Shown piece after piece: positions 16,356 through 24,799 of a stretch of 30,410 bases of DNA (positions are counted from its first letter, which is position 1; every line of letters begins with the position of its first letter). Location of the stretch: IMG/VR virus record IMGVR_UViG_3300006467_000276; one strand, 5' to 3'. Below the pieces are notes generated by a model. That model had not been told where the DNA came from, made no database searches, and saw nothing but the letters and a program-made list of their open reading frames with translations. This stretch comes from an uncultured virus (IMG/VR IMGVR_UViG_3300006467_000276) (taxonomy: Duplodnaviria > Heunggongvirae > Uroviricota > Caudoviricetes). The translations under genes and the position numbers were made by a program.

Positions 16356-17018
16356 CTAATCAAATTCTCGATCTTCGTCAACAACCTCTTGCCGACGATC
16401 CCTCTGTCCTCGCTTTCGTACGTCTTCTTTTTCAGCATCCGTCACCGGTCGTCGCAATTCCCCTGATGATTGCGTACTCCCTTGCGGCATCCCCGAGTAA
16501 TAATCCCGCACAAACAACTCAACCAGCTGCGTCAGCGCCCGTTTCCGGTGCTCTAACGCCGCAACAGCCGCCTTCGCGACGTCAACTGCGTGCCGTGCTT
16601 TGCGCACCGCAGAGTTGGCTTTCATGCACCGTGGATCTTCTTCGATCGCAGCAGAAATCGATCCCTCTGTAACTTTGACAAGCCCGTAGTCTCCGGGATT
16701 AGAGCGAACCTCCCGATCGAGTTCAGCTCGAGTCACATCAAGATGGCTGCGAGCCTCATCCAAACTCATCTGCGCATCAGCGACTCGCTTAGACCACTCG
16801 TACATCTGCCTCGGCTGATCCAGCCATTCTTCGTCCAATTTGAGCCGATCAATGTCAAGTCTCAGATCAGGAATCAACTCACCCACCTTAGTTCTCCTCT
16901 TGTCTACTTTTTCGAAGACCTTGCCTTTGCAATTGCAGCAGCCGCCCATCGGTTGGTATCCACGATGCACTGCTCCGCACAAAAGGCAGACATAGTGGAA
17001 TTCGTAATTGATCGACAT
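16356..17018 (-). CDS. UvsY-like recombination mediator with in-frame N-terminal Zn-ribbon
   Basis: LDIDRLKLDEEWLDQP...long helices...LEHRKRALTQLVELF; CLLC...CCNC N-terminus; next to SSB and RecA. Confidence 0.6.
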   Translation of the reverse strand: MSINYEFHYVCLLCGAVHRGYQPMGGCCNCKGKVFEKVDKRRTKVGELIPDLRLDIDRLKLDEEWLDQPRQMYEWSKRVADAQMSLDEARSHLDVTRAELDREVRSNPGDYGLVKVTEGSISAAIEEDPRCMKANSAVRKARHAVDVAKAAVAALEHRKRALTQLVELFVRDYYSGMPQGSTQSSGELRRPVTDAEKEDVRKRGQRDRRQEVVDEDREFD

Positions 17019-17030
17019 GGTCTCATTCTG

Positions 17031-17969
17031 TCAACGATTCACCGCATTCCAGCAATTCAGCACCAACCCAGCTTTTCCTGTGTCAAAATAATTGTCTCGA
17101 AACTCGTCCAAGATGTCAGCTGCACGCTGCTGAGCATCCTGGCCTCCAGGTTTCAGGATTACACTGGTGGCGTACGACAGGATCATCCGCCGAAGCCCTT
17201 CGAAGTTCTCGTCTTTCGAAAGGTTACTGATGACATCAGCAACTTCTTTCCACCGAGTCCCTTTTCGAAACAATAGCCTGGCGATCTGAATTGCATCAGC
17301 TTCCCAGTCAGAAGCTTCAATAGCCTCAATCTGAGATTCCTCGTCAGGCAGCTCTGCAATCTGATTCAAAATGACCAATGCCTGCCGAGCTGATCCTTGA
17401 CTGACCTGCACCAACTTTTTGGCAGCAGCTCCAGTGACATTGGTGAGCCCTTCTGCCTTGATGACCGCCTTCACTAAACTCGCGACTTCGGCATTCTTCA
17501 GAGAAACACACTTGATCTGTGTCGCTCGGGTGCGAATTGTCTGTTTCAGCTTCTGAGGGTCTGTCGTAGCCAGCATGAAATAGACATGCTTTGGTGTGTC
17601 TTCTAGCACCTTCAGCAGAGCACTCTGAGCATCCGAAGAGAGGGCGTGGCACTCGTCGAGCAAGAACACTCTCGACTTCCCTGCAACCGGCATTGCTCGG
17701 CACTGACTCGACAACTCACGCACCATATCAATACCACGCTCACGCGCTGCATTGATCTCGACAAAATCCATATCACTGCAGTCAAGAGTACTCTTCACAA
17801 TGCGAGCAAGAGTGGTTTTGCCTGTGCCACTGGGTCCAGTGAACAAAAGAACATGCGGTATCTTACCAGCTGCGTGCATCTTCTCAAGCTGATTGACTGC
17901 AGCATGCTGCCCCACCACTTCTTCGAAACTCGAAGGACGATGCCGAATGTACAAATCAGTGTCTGCCAT
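17031..17969 (-). CDS. dnaX: clamp loader, DnaX (gamma/tau)-like AAA+ ATPase
   Basis: LYIRHRPSSFEEVVGQ, GPSGTGKTT, EINAA, LLDECHALS..AQSALLKVLED, TIRTR, GSAR; ATG 17969. Confidence 0.92.
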   Translation of the reverse strand: MADTDLYIRHRPSSFEEVVGQHAAVNQLEKMHAAGKIPHVLLFTGPSGTGKTTLARIVKSTLDCSDMDFVEINAARERGIDMVRELSSQCRAMPVAGKSRVFLLDECHALSSDAQSALLKVLEDTPKHVYFMLATTDPQKLKQTIRTRATQIKCVSLKNAEVASLVKAVIKAEGLTNVTGAAAKKLVQVSQGSARQALVILNQIAELPDEESQIEAIEASDWEADAIQIARLLFRKGTRWKEVADVISNLSKDENFEGLRRMILSYATSVILKPGGQDAQQRAADILDEFRDNYFDTGKAGLVLNCWNAVNR

Positions 17970-17994
17970 CGATCGAATTCTTTCTTGCTGAATT

Positions 17995-18090
17995 AAAAAG
18001 TCGAGTAGAGGCTCTGCCCTTCGAGGTTCCACGTCGTCATGTCAAATGGCTGTAATAGAATCATTCTAAAAACAGCAACTCCACTCGACT
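17995..18090 (-). other. structured intergenic element between polA and dnaX
   Basis: 12-bp outer stem AGTCGAGTGGAG / CTCTACTCGACT followed by a U-run; inner hairpin GCTGT..TAGAA-TGA-TTCTA..ACAGC. Confidence 0.5.
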
Positions 18091-18094
18091 ATCT

Positions 18095-19483
18095 TTAGAC
18101 CACCTGCGTTACGTCCACCGCTTTCTTCTCAAACCAATTCGTCGGAGAAGCCTCGGCTTCGATTTCCAAAGGCACGACAATCCAATCCCAATGCTGACGA
18201 ACCTTCTGTGTCATCACTTGATTGACTTCGTAAATTACGTCGTCAAACTCATCCTGATGCACGTCTAGCACCATTGAATCATGAATCTGACCGATTACTT
18301 TAGAACGCATCTTATTCTGCTTCAACCACTCATTCACTTGAATGAGAGACCAGAGAAGAAGATGAAATGATGGTCCTTGAATTGGATAGTTGTAGATGTT
18401 GTTCTTGGTGTAGACCCCTTTGCACACAAACCCGGTCATCATCTTGAACCAACCGCGTTTGAGGTACTCGTTCCACCAAACCTCTTTCTTGTCACGCCAG
18501 ACCGGAAACCGATCTCCAAATCTCTGCTCGACTTTTTTGACATGTCGATAGAACGAATCCATCTCTGGATGCTTCTTGTTTCCAAGAGCATTGATACCAA
18601 CACTACTCAAGTGCTCGTGCAGACCGACACCATCAACAGTCTTAAGGTCCATTCGATCAATGACAGCCCACAAAGCCTCTGCGCAGCTCCCCCAATAACT
18701 GCCATAGAGAATCGGAAAAACGAATTTGTTCTTCCCCATCCCTCGAGCAGCCTTCGTGACCTGATCAGCAGAAATAGAATAGCACTCTGCTGTCATGTCT
18801 CGATGGATGTCCAGACTAGGGTCGCTCGCATACGCCACCATCGATGGATCATTCCACTGGCAAGCTGCCCCACGAAACTCAAGAGCCGAATAATCGATCT
18901 CGACCAACAAGTGCTCCGGCGTTCTTGGGATAAATGCTCGTCGTATCAACTTCGCTTGCCGGGGATCCCGAATAGGCATGTTTTGGAAATTCGGGGTAGA
19001 GCTTGAGCTCCGAAACGTACGAGCAAAGCACAAATCAAAATTCGGATGCAGAAAGCCATCAACGGTTTCTCGACGAATTCCTTGCAGATAGGTGCCACGA
19101 GCTTTCTTCAGCTTCTCGAGCGACAGGAATTTCTTGACGAAAGGTAAGTCGATCTCTTCAAGCGCCTCGATATCTGCTGCAGCCCTGCCTGTGTCTGTTG
19201 TTCGGGTCGACGGTATTTCCATCACCCCAAAGAGAATCTTACCAAGCTGTTCCTTACTGCCTAATTCAGCTCTTCCTGGAAATGTCTTTCGCCAAAGAGC
19301 CCAAATCTCATCGTCTTTGAGCTCTACTTCCATTCGTCTGATTTTCTGACCTGCCTGCTTGATCACTCGGTCAAGATAATCAACATCAATCCGCATGCCG
19401 TTCGCTTCGACATCTGTCAAAGCCTGAGCCCCTTGCATCAGTAATTGGTAAGCTTCTGGTGTTGATGCGACGATTTGATTCAC
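18095..19483 (-). CDS. polA: family A DNA polymerase, polymerase domain only
   Basis: RSSSSTPNFQNMP, motif A DYSALEFR, motif B RGMGKNKFVFPILYG, NYPIQG, motif C QIHDS; GTG 19483 by GTGA coupling. Confidence 0.93.
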   Translation of the reverse strand: MNQIVASTPEAYQLLMQGAQALTDVEANGMRIDVDYLDRVIKQAGQKIRRMEVELKDDEIWALWRKTFPGRAELGSKEQLGKILFGVMEIPSTRTTDTGRAAADIEALEEIDLPFVKKFLSLEKLKKARGTYLQGIRRETVDGFLHPNFDLCFARTFRSSSSTPNFQNMPIRDPRQAKLIRRAFIPRTPEHLLVEIDYSALEFRGAACQWNDPSMVAYASDPSLDIHRDMTAECYSISADQVTKAARGMGKNKFVFPILYGSYWGSCAEALWAVIDRMDLKTVDGVGLHEHLSSVGINALGNKKHPEMDSFYRHVKKVEQRFGDRFPVWRDKKEVWWNEYLKRGWFKMMTGFVCKGVYTKNNIYNYPIQGPSFHLLLWSLIQVNEWLKQNKMRSKVIGQIHDSMVLDVHQDEFDDVIYEVNQVMTQKVRQHWDWIVVPLEIEAEASPTNWFEKKAVDVTQVV

Positions 19484-19590
19484 AGAGTTGTCACCCAAGC
19501 AACAGCAAACAGAACAACAAAGAGCCCAAAACAGATCACAGTAGTGATCAGCACGAACTTATCCAAATTCGGACCACCACCACTACTCAC
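19480..19590 (-). CDS. 36-aa single-TM peptide
   Basis: Hand-translated MSSGGGPNLDKFVLITTVICFGLFVVLFAVAWVTTL; GTGA overlaps at both ends. Confidence 0.6.
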   Translation of the reverse strand: MSSGGGPNLDKFVLITTVICFGLFVVLFAVAWVTTL

Positions 19591-20207
19591 TGGGACTGTA
19601 CTCCTGGGTGATGGATATTCTCTTCTTTACACCGTCTAGATCTCTCAAACCGAAGGATGTTTCCTGTTTTAGCATCAAACATCGCCTGAATGGGACCATA
19701 CCCACTATTTCTATCAACCCCTAGGATCCCGTTGATGATACCCAACATCCCGACGAACCAAGATCCTTCATCCTCGGCGCACTGAATCGTCGGATCATCT
19801 GCCAACGATTCAGTACAAACCGTCCGGTTTTCCACAAGAAATCGGATCGAATTCGGCGATGCAGCCAATGCGCGATTAAGCACCTGGATTGCTCTATCAA
19901 TCTCATTCGGTTCTCGTTGGTGCGTATAAAGCAGACTCAGTCGAGTGACCACTTCTCCTTCTCGTATCTCTGAAAATGATTCATCTTCAACCAAAAGATG
20001 AATATTTCCGTTGTGATCGAGCCCCGCCCTCAAAGCCGTCGCCGAGTCAGGAATGCCGTCATCAGCAAACTGAACCCGGATACCGTCAACTACTTCCCCG
20101 CCTGGCCGCACCTTCAGCAAATCAAGAAGAGCTTCAGGAGTAACCACAACCGACTTGACTCGGCGAGACTTCATCGACGCAGGATTGCACATTTCTAACC
20201 TAGACAC
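19587..20207 (-). CDS. hypothetical protein, probably two domains
   Basis: 206-aa ORF tiling the operon; second half carries LADDPTIQC...VGMLGIINGILG. Confidence 0.75.
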   Translation of the reverse strand: MSRLEMCNPASMKSRRVKSVVVTPEALLDLLKVRPGGEVVDGIRVQFADDGIPDSATALRAGLDHNGNIHLLVEDESFSEIREGEVVTRLSLLYTHQREPNEIDRAIQVLNRALAASPNSIRFLVENRTVCTESLADDPTIQCAEDEGSWFVGMLGIINGILGVDRNSGYGPIQAMFDAKTGNILRFERSRRCKEENIHHPGVQSQ

Positions 20208-20587
20208 TGTCCTGTCTCCGGATTATCGACCCAATTTCTCTTCTTGACAATTTTTTGCCAAGTCTTATTCAAAGCATCTTGCAGAGAAATTCCTTCACGG
20301 GACGCATAATCGCACAAGTAGATCAGAATGTCACCAACAGCATCGTCCCGTTCCTCTTGATATTTCTGCTCATCGTCGTAACCACGAATTCCCTGATGAT
20401 GCTTCAGAGTGACATGCGACAGCTCGCCCACTTCTTCGACTAGCCCGAGCAACGGGCTCAAAGACCCTAGCACCTGGTCTGTCGCCTTGCTGACCTGATC
20501 CCCGAAATTCACCCGAGACCACTTGGCTACCTCACTCTGAATCAGTGCCAATGATTTCTCAGACGGAGATTCATACTGCGTTTCCAT
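20195..20587 (-). CDS. MazG-like nucleotide pyrophosphohydrolase
   Basis: LVEEVGEL...DAVGDILIYL (EExxE...D metal-binding motif). Confidence 0.85.
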   Translation of the reverse strand: METQYESPSEKSLALIQSEVAKWSRVNFGDQVSKATDQVLGSLSPLLGLVEEVGELSHVTLKHHQGIRGYDDEQKYQEERDDAVGDILIYLCDYASREGISLQDALNKTWQKIVKKRNWVDNPETGQCLG

Positions 20588-21806
20588 CGACCATTTCTTT
20601 CTTTTGGTGCTTTGCTACGAGATACTCAACCAAAGCATCTAGCCCATTGTACGTCAGCGATGTCCTTCTATCCGTATGTACCAGCTGATTCTGATCGTAC
20701 GAACTAGACCCGCTACCAGTTTTCAGGTCCCGGCCCATTGATCCGCTCCACGGCTCAAATCCTAACCGTACAAAAGCCTGAAACTCAACTGATTTTGTAT
20801 CAGGGCGATTATCCAAGTGATGAGCGGACAGCATTGTATCCCATACCCAGTTATTCACTGAATGCCCAAACTCCGCTCGAGTCCACCGATCTTCGAATTT
20901 GTTGTTGGCCCCTATCTTAGGGCACGGCGACTGAAGCCACTCGCTCATCGCTTCCTTCACTGCTCCCGCCCAAGGAAAAGCAATGGTGCGTCTGCCTGCG
21001 TAAGAAACCGCACAGGATACAATCTGGCTGGTATCAGCATCAGGCTTAAGGCATGTCGTTTCGTAATCAAATGACCCCGGACGCGGTGTTTTGCACCATT
21101 CTCTGATAATGGCAGCAGCTTCGTCAGGGTCATGCACCAACTCCACTTGCCCACGATAGTCAGGCACTTCAGTCCACGGCCTACTACCGCTGAGATCAAA
21201 AGCCTGTTTCAAGCACCGCTCGAACCACAACCGAGTTACCGGACCATTCGGTTTGCGATCATTCGTCAGAATGAATGATGGATGGAAATCCGGCACCACC
21301 CAAGAATTTATTCGCTGGAGTGGTATTTGATACCCTACCCAACGATTCACGCCGCCTGGATCAGTCTTCCAGAAAGGACTCAAAACAGAACGAATCGCTG
21401 AGCCGCCTAAAGGTATGATGACCTTCGGTTTGTACTCCTTGAGGAAATTCGTCAAGTTTGGGCGGCATGCATCGACTTCATCTGGCTTTGGAGCTCTGCC
21501 GCCTGCCGGATGACAAATGATAGCATTCGTCGCCCAGCAGTCTCGATCAAAATCAATACCAATGGACTCTAAGTACCGCCGAAGATACTGACCAGCTTTC
21601 CCGACGAACGAATTGCCTTGGATATCCTCGTCCCTGTCAGGAGCCTCACCGACAATCAAAACACCAAGCCGCCCCTTCCCTGAGACCTCAAACTTCGGAC
21701 TACTGCACGATTCCCAGAGCCCGCACTGTCCGCATCTAGGTACAGTACCCTGAACCGCCGGCTTGCTGCGTACAATTGATTCCGGAAAAAAGCCTCCAAC
21801 TGCCAC
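20571..21806 (-). CDS. family-4 uracil-DNA glycosylase fused to a DnaQ-like 3'-5' exonuclease (N-terminal part of split PolA)
   Basis: CGQC, VGEAPD, FVGKAG, ICHP, DAC, FHPSF (UDG); FDYET, NNKFED, DTML, YNGLDA (Exo I-III). Confidence 0.9.
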   Translation of the reverse strand: MAVGGFFPESIVRSKPAVQGTVPRCGQCGLWESCSSPKFEVSGKGRLGVLIVGEAPDRDEDIQGNSFVGKAGQYLRRYLESIGIDFDRDCWATNAIICHPAGGRAPKPDEVDACRPNLTNFLKEYKPKVIIPLGGSAIRSVLSPFWKTDPGGVNRWVGYQIPLQRINSWVVPDFHPSFILTNDRKPNGPVTRLWFERCLKQAFDLSGSRPWTEVPDYRGQVELVHDPDEAAAIIREWCKTPRPGSFDYETTCLKPDADTSQIVSCAVSYAGRRTIAFPWAGAVKEAMSEWLQSPCPKIGANNKFEDRWTRAEFGHSVNNWVWDTMLSAHHLDNRPDTKSVEFQAFVRLGFEPWSGSMGRDLKTGSGSSSYDQNQLVHTDRRTSLTYNGLDALVEYLVAKHQKKEMVDGNAV

Positions 21807-21809
21807 CGC

Positions 21810-22868
21810 CTACTCCTCGACGCAACAGGTACTGGCTGCGTATTTCAGATTCCCAGCATCAACGAACAATCGGTTACCACCGACACCGCACTGTGTTGAT
21901 CGTTTGCTGATTTCCACTAACAGACTTGGAGCAATCAAAAATCGAATCGGCTTGTCTTTGTAAGATACCTTCCGCTTCTCCGCGTACTCACCAGAAGCGC
22001 CTTCGCCTTTGATGACAATCGTATCTTCCCTCAGAATCACCATCAGATTGTTGGCATCCGCTTTTTCTTGAGAGAAAATCCGGGCCCGCTCGACAATTTC
22101 ATCGAGCCCACCAGGCATCGCAACCGGCGAAGTATCTTCTCCGTGCAGATACTTCGAAATGTCGCTGTAGCTGTCCAAATGCCGTCGGACTGAAACCTTC
22201 AGTCCTTGGTTGTTTTTGAAGTGCATCCATCCTTCTGATACACTGGCTTTGGTCATCCCGAGCCCGATTACTCGTTTCAAAGAATCAGCTCGAATCATTG
22301 TATCGACCTGATCTTCTTGGCCAGGAATCTTAGACATGGCCTCAGGCAGCCATTCCAAATCCAATGAGTATCGAGCCATCTGAAATCTGTCGCAAGCCTC
22401 GATAAACTCCGGTGCCAAATGGACGCACGTCAAGACGAAAAGACTTTCTTCTGAACTGGCGCAAGCATGGACAAGTCCTACCGCCTCGTCAAAAGATTCA
22501 GGTAGATCGTACCAATCAGTCGCATCTTCAACAGAATCAAGAGGAAGCAGAACATCAGATTCCATCCGAAACTTTGCGCGTTTTCCTGCTCCTGACAGAA
22601 TCAATTCAGATCCGTTAGTTTCTGCCAGCAAAGAATCGTCAGTCATCTTATTCAAGAGTTCCAGGAGCGGAGCCGCTCGTACTGCTCCTGTCAACGTACC
22701 AGGAAATGGATTCTTGCGAATGCAGGAAATTTCATCATTGAACGTAACGACATTTCCTGAGTCGAAAACGAAAGATGTAGACTGCTGCAGCAGTTCTTTA
22801 GCAGCAAGTCCCGGAGAGACAGACTCCAGAGCGAGCAAAACTTCAGCACGATCAACCTGAGACTTCAT
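21810..22868 (-). CDS. dnaN: sliding clamp, DnaN (beta)-like
   Basis: 352 aa, three-domain beta-clamp spacing, LTCVH...EACDRFQMA matching the LxGV...ATDGxRLA region; adjacent to polymerase and clamp loader. Confidence 0.75.
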   Translation of the reverse strand: MKSQVDRAEVLLALESVSPGLAAKELLQQSTSFVFDSGNVVTFNDEISCIRKNPFPGTLTGAVRAAPLLELLNKMTDDSLLAETNGSELILSGAGKRAKFRMESDVLLPLDSVEDATDWYDLPESFDEAVGLVHACASSEESLFVLTCVHLAPEFIEACDRFQMARYSLDLEWLPEAMSKIPGQEDQVDTMIRADSLKRVIGLGMTKASVSEGWMHFKNNQGLKVSVRRHLDSYSDISKYLHGEDTSPVAMPGGLDEIVERARIFSQEKADANNLMVILREDTIVIKGEGASGEYAEKRKVSYKDKPIRFLIAPSLLVEISKRSTQCGVGGNRLFVDAGNLKYAASTCCVEE

Positions 22869-23302
22869 AATTCGAATCCTCGAATCCCTGACTTGGTGTT
22901 CAAAAGTGTATCAATTCTGCTGACAACCTCATCAACAGTCCGGCACAGCATGTTGGCCAAATATTCAGGGGAGTTCTCCCGAACTCTCTCTGAATCAGTA
23001 CTCAGCCCCCAGCGAATGACTCGATCCTCAGTCCATGTGAATCGCTCTCCAGTACGAACAGTTCTTCCCTCTTTCGCAGGGTCTAGTTCATAGTCAGTTC
23101 TTCGGACTGCTCGACGCCGCAGCAAATGGTCCCCCTGGATCAAGCTACTATAGGCATCCCGATCGTATCGCTTTCCGAAGGCAACCAGTGCTCTCTCGTA
23201 CTCCTGCTTCGAATCTGCAGGCAGCACCATCTCTAAGAAGAGGTCGATGTCAGCATTGACCCACTCGGTTCGATTTTTTGCTTCGGTGCAATCTCTGTCC
23301 AT
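22865..23302 (-). CDS. putative Myb/HTH-like DNA-binding protein
   Basis: Two W/F-x3-D/E helix starts (EWVNADIDL, FTWTEDRVI) and LANMLCRTVDEV; C-terminus IRGFEL. Confidence 0.5.
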   Translation of the reverse strand: MDRDCTEAKNRTEWVNADIDLFLEMVLPADSKQEYERALVAFGKRYDRDAYSSLIQGDHLLRRRAVRRTDYELDPAKEGRTVRTGERFTWTEDRVIRWGLSTDSERVRENSPEYLANMLCRTVDEVVSRIDTLLNTKSGIRGFEL

Positions 23303-24306
23303 TTCCGAAATGCCTTGTGCCCCTTAGTTGTCGTCGTCATCCCAATCTTATGATAGGACATCAACCGTCTTCTCAGACGAAATTCAACGGAATCGTCGAT
23401 AGATCCTTCGCCGCCAGCGAAATAGATGTGATCGACGGGCAAATCCTGATTCGCTCGAATGATGAATCCAGCATTCGCTCGAAACCGCCATTGGTGAGAT
23501 GTAACTACTCCAGGAGTGACCGTCCGCACCACCTTATTCTTTTTGCCGTCGAACCAAAGCTCATCAGGCGATTTCTTATACCCCGAAGAAACGTCTACTA
23601 TCTCAATCTCACCGACAGGCAGCTTCTTTTCCTGAAGGTACTCGTCTACCCATGCACGAAGCGTAGGCGACAGAGTCGTGTAATGCGTATTCCGTTCATC
23701 CCGAGTTGGAGACTTCGGGGACGTATTCAGCAAGAATGGTGGTTCGTCATAAACAAACTCACCATTCCTCTTCTTCGGAATGTAAATCACTCCATAGGCT
23801 GCCTGCTTCAGCCAGCTCGCCGAATCAACTGAATACCACCACTGGTACTTCATCAACTGAAACGACGTGACGGCAAACCCATGAGTCTTGACTGTCGGCC
23901 TACCAGCTCCATCAAACAGCAATTTCTGGAGCCCAGTCAAATACCTCTTCTGAGAATCTTTGGACCCAAAGCCGCAAGTCTGACCAAGCCCGACATAAGG
24001 ACTGCCGAACTCGATGTACCTTTCCAGCCACTTCAAGTCCTCTCCTCGGTGGAAGACCGGAATGACTTTTTCGATGGGCAGCTCTTTGATCATCAGCTGA
24101 TAATTGTTCCAGCTCGTCTCACAGGCAGCCGCCACCAATTCAGGCAATCGAGAATTCGGCAGTCCAGGTTTACCAGGAATGGCATCCAGGCACACATAGT
24201 ACGACACACCAGGATGCTGATGACAGAAATCGATGTACGTTCTGATATCGATTTCAGCGCCAGAGTTCCAAACAGAAAACGCACCACTGTCAAGCATCAA
24301 GGGCAC
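23233..24306 (-). CDS. dpdA: TGT-fold DNA transglycosylase DpdA (7-deazaguanine insertion into DNA)
   Basis: LDSGAFS, LDAIPG, IPVFH.GE, YVGLG, THGFAVT, SVDSASW; clustered with folE/queE/queD. Confidence 0.85.
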   Translation of the reverse strand: MPLMLDSGAFSVWNSGAEIDIRTYIDFCHQHPGVSYYVCLDAIPGKPGLPNSRLPELVAAACETSWNNYQLMIKELPIEKVIPVFHRGEDLKWLERYIEFGSPYVGLGQTCGFGSKDSQKRYLTGLQKLLFDGAGRPTVKTHGFAVTSFQLMKYQWWYSVDSASWLKQAAYGVIYIPKKRNGEFVYDEPPFLLNTSPKSPTRDERNTHYTTLSPTLRAWVDEYLQEKKLPVGEIEIVDVSSGYKKSPDELWFDGKKNKVVRTVTPGVVTSHQWRFRANAGFIIRANQDLPVDHIYFAGGEGSIDDSVEFRLRRRLMSYHKIGMTTTTKGHKAFRKWTEIAPKQKIEPSGSMLTSTSS

Positions 24307-24319
24307 TGATACTCACTCC

Positions 24320-24799
24320 TTAATCAAAAATTCGAGCCGCCGCGACGTCTTCTTGAGTCCGGCAACCAGCCAACTTCTCATATCGCCGCTGTTTTTCGGC
24401 ACGAAGCTGCAGCACCTTCCTGCCAGTTGCGTCTTTGGCACGCTCGGCCTCTCTTACCTCATCGACAACCGCCGCAATCGCAGAGCACAGATCCATTCTT
24501 GACGGACACGATCGCGAGTGATGACGTTTCTCGTACGGCAGTTTCTTGTTTAGCTTCTCCCTGGCCACTTCCAGCTTCTCGCCGATACTTGCGTACTCCG
24601 CTTCCAGTCGTTCAACCTCTGCCAGCTCCTTCGCAATCTTGAGACGGCCGACAGCAACCTTTCGACATCGTTCCTCAAGTCGCCGCTCATGCGACTCATC
24701 AGTTACTGCCAACTCCCTCATTCCCGCCAGATATCGGTCATCGATCAACTTCTTGATGTCTGCGCGTTCACTTGTCGTCATCTGAGCCATCGCGCTCAC
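24320..24799 (-). CDS. hypothetical coiled-coil protein
   Basis: GTGA coupling to the folE stop; helical charged composition. Confidence 0.7.
   Translation of the reverse strand: MSAMAQMTTSERADIKKLIDDRYLAGMRELAVTDESHERRLEERCRKVAVGRLKIAKELAEVERLEAEYASIGEKLEVAREKLNKKLPYEKRHHSRSCPSRMDLCSAIAAVVDEVREAERAKDATGRKVLQLRAEKQRRYEKLAGCRTQEDVAAARIFD

Noticed and set aside
19484..20570. Intron or intein interrupting polA
   Set aside because: The interval is fully tiled by coupled ordinary ORFs, with no homing-endonuclease motif or group I/II structure evident
18095..20587. 2-aminoadenine (Z-genome) system suggested by MazG plus an odd PolA
   Set aside because: No PurZ or DatZ-like HD phosphohydrolase in the window
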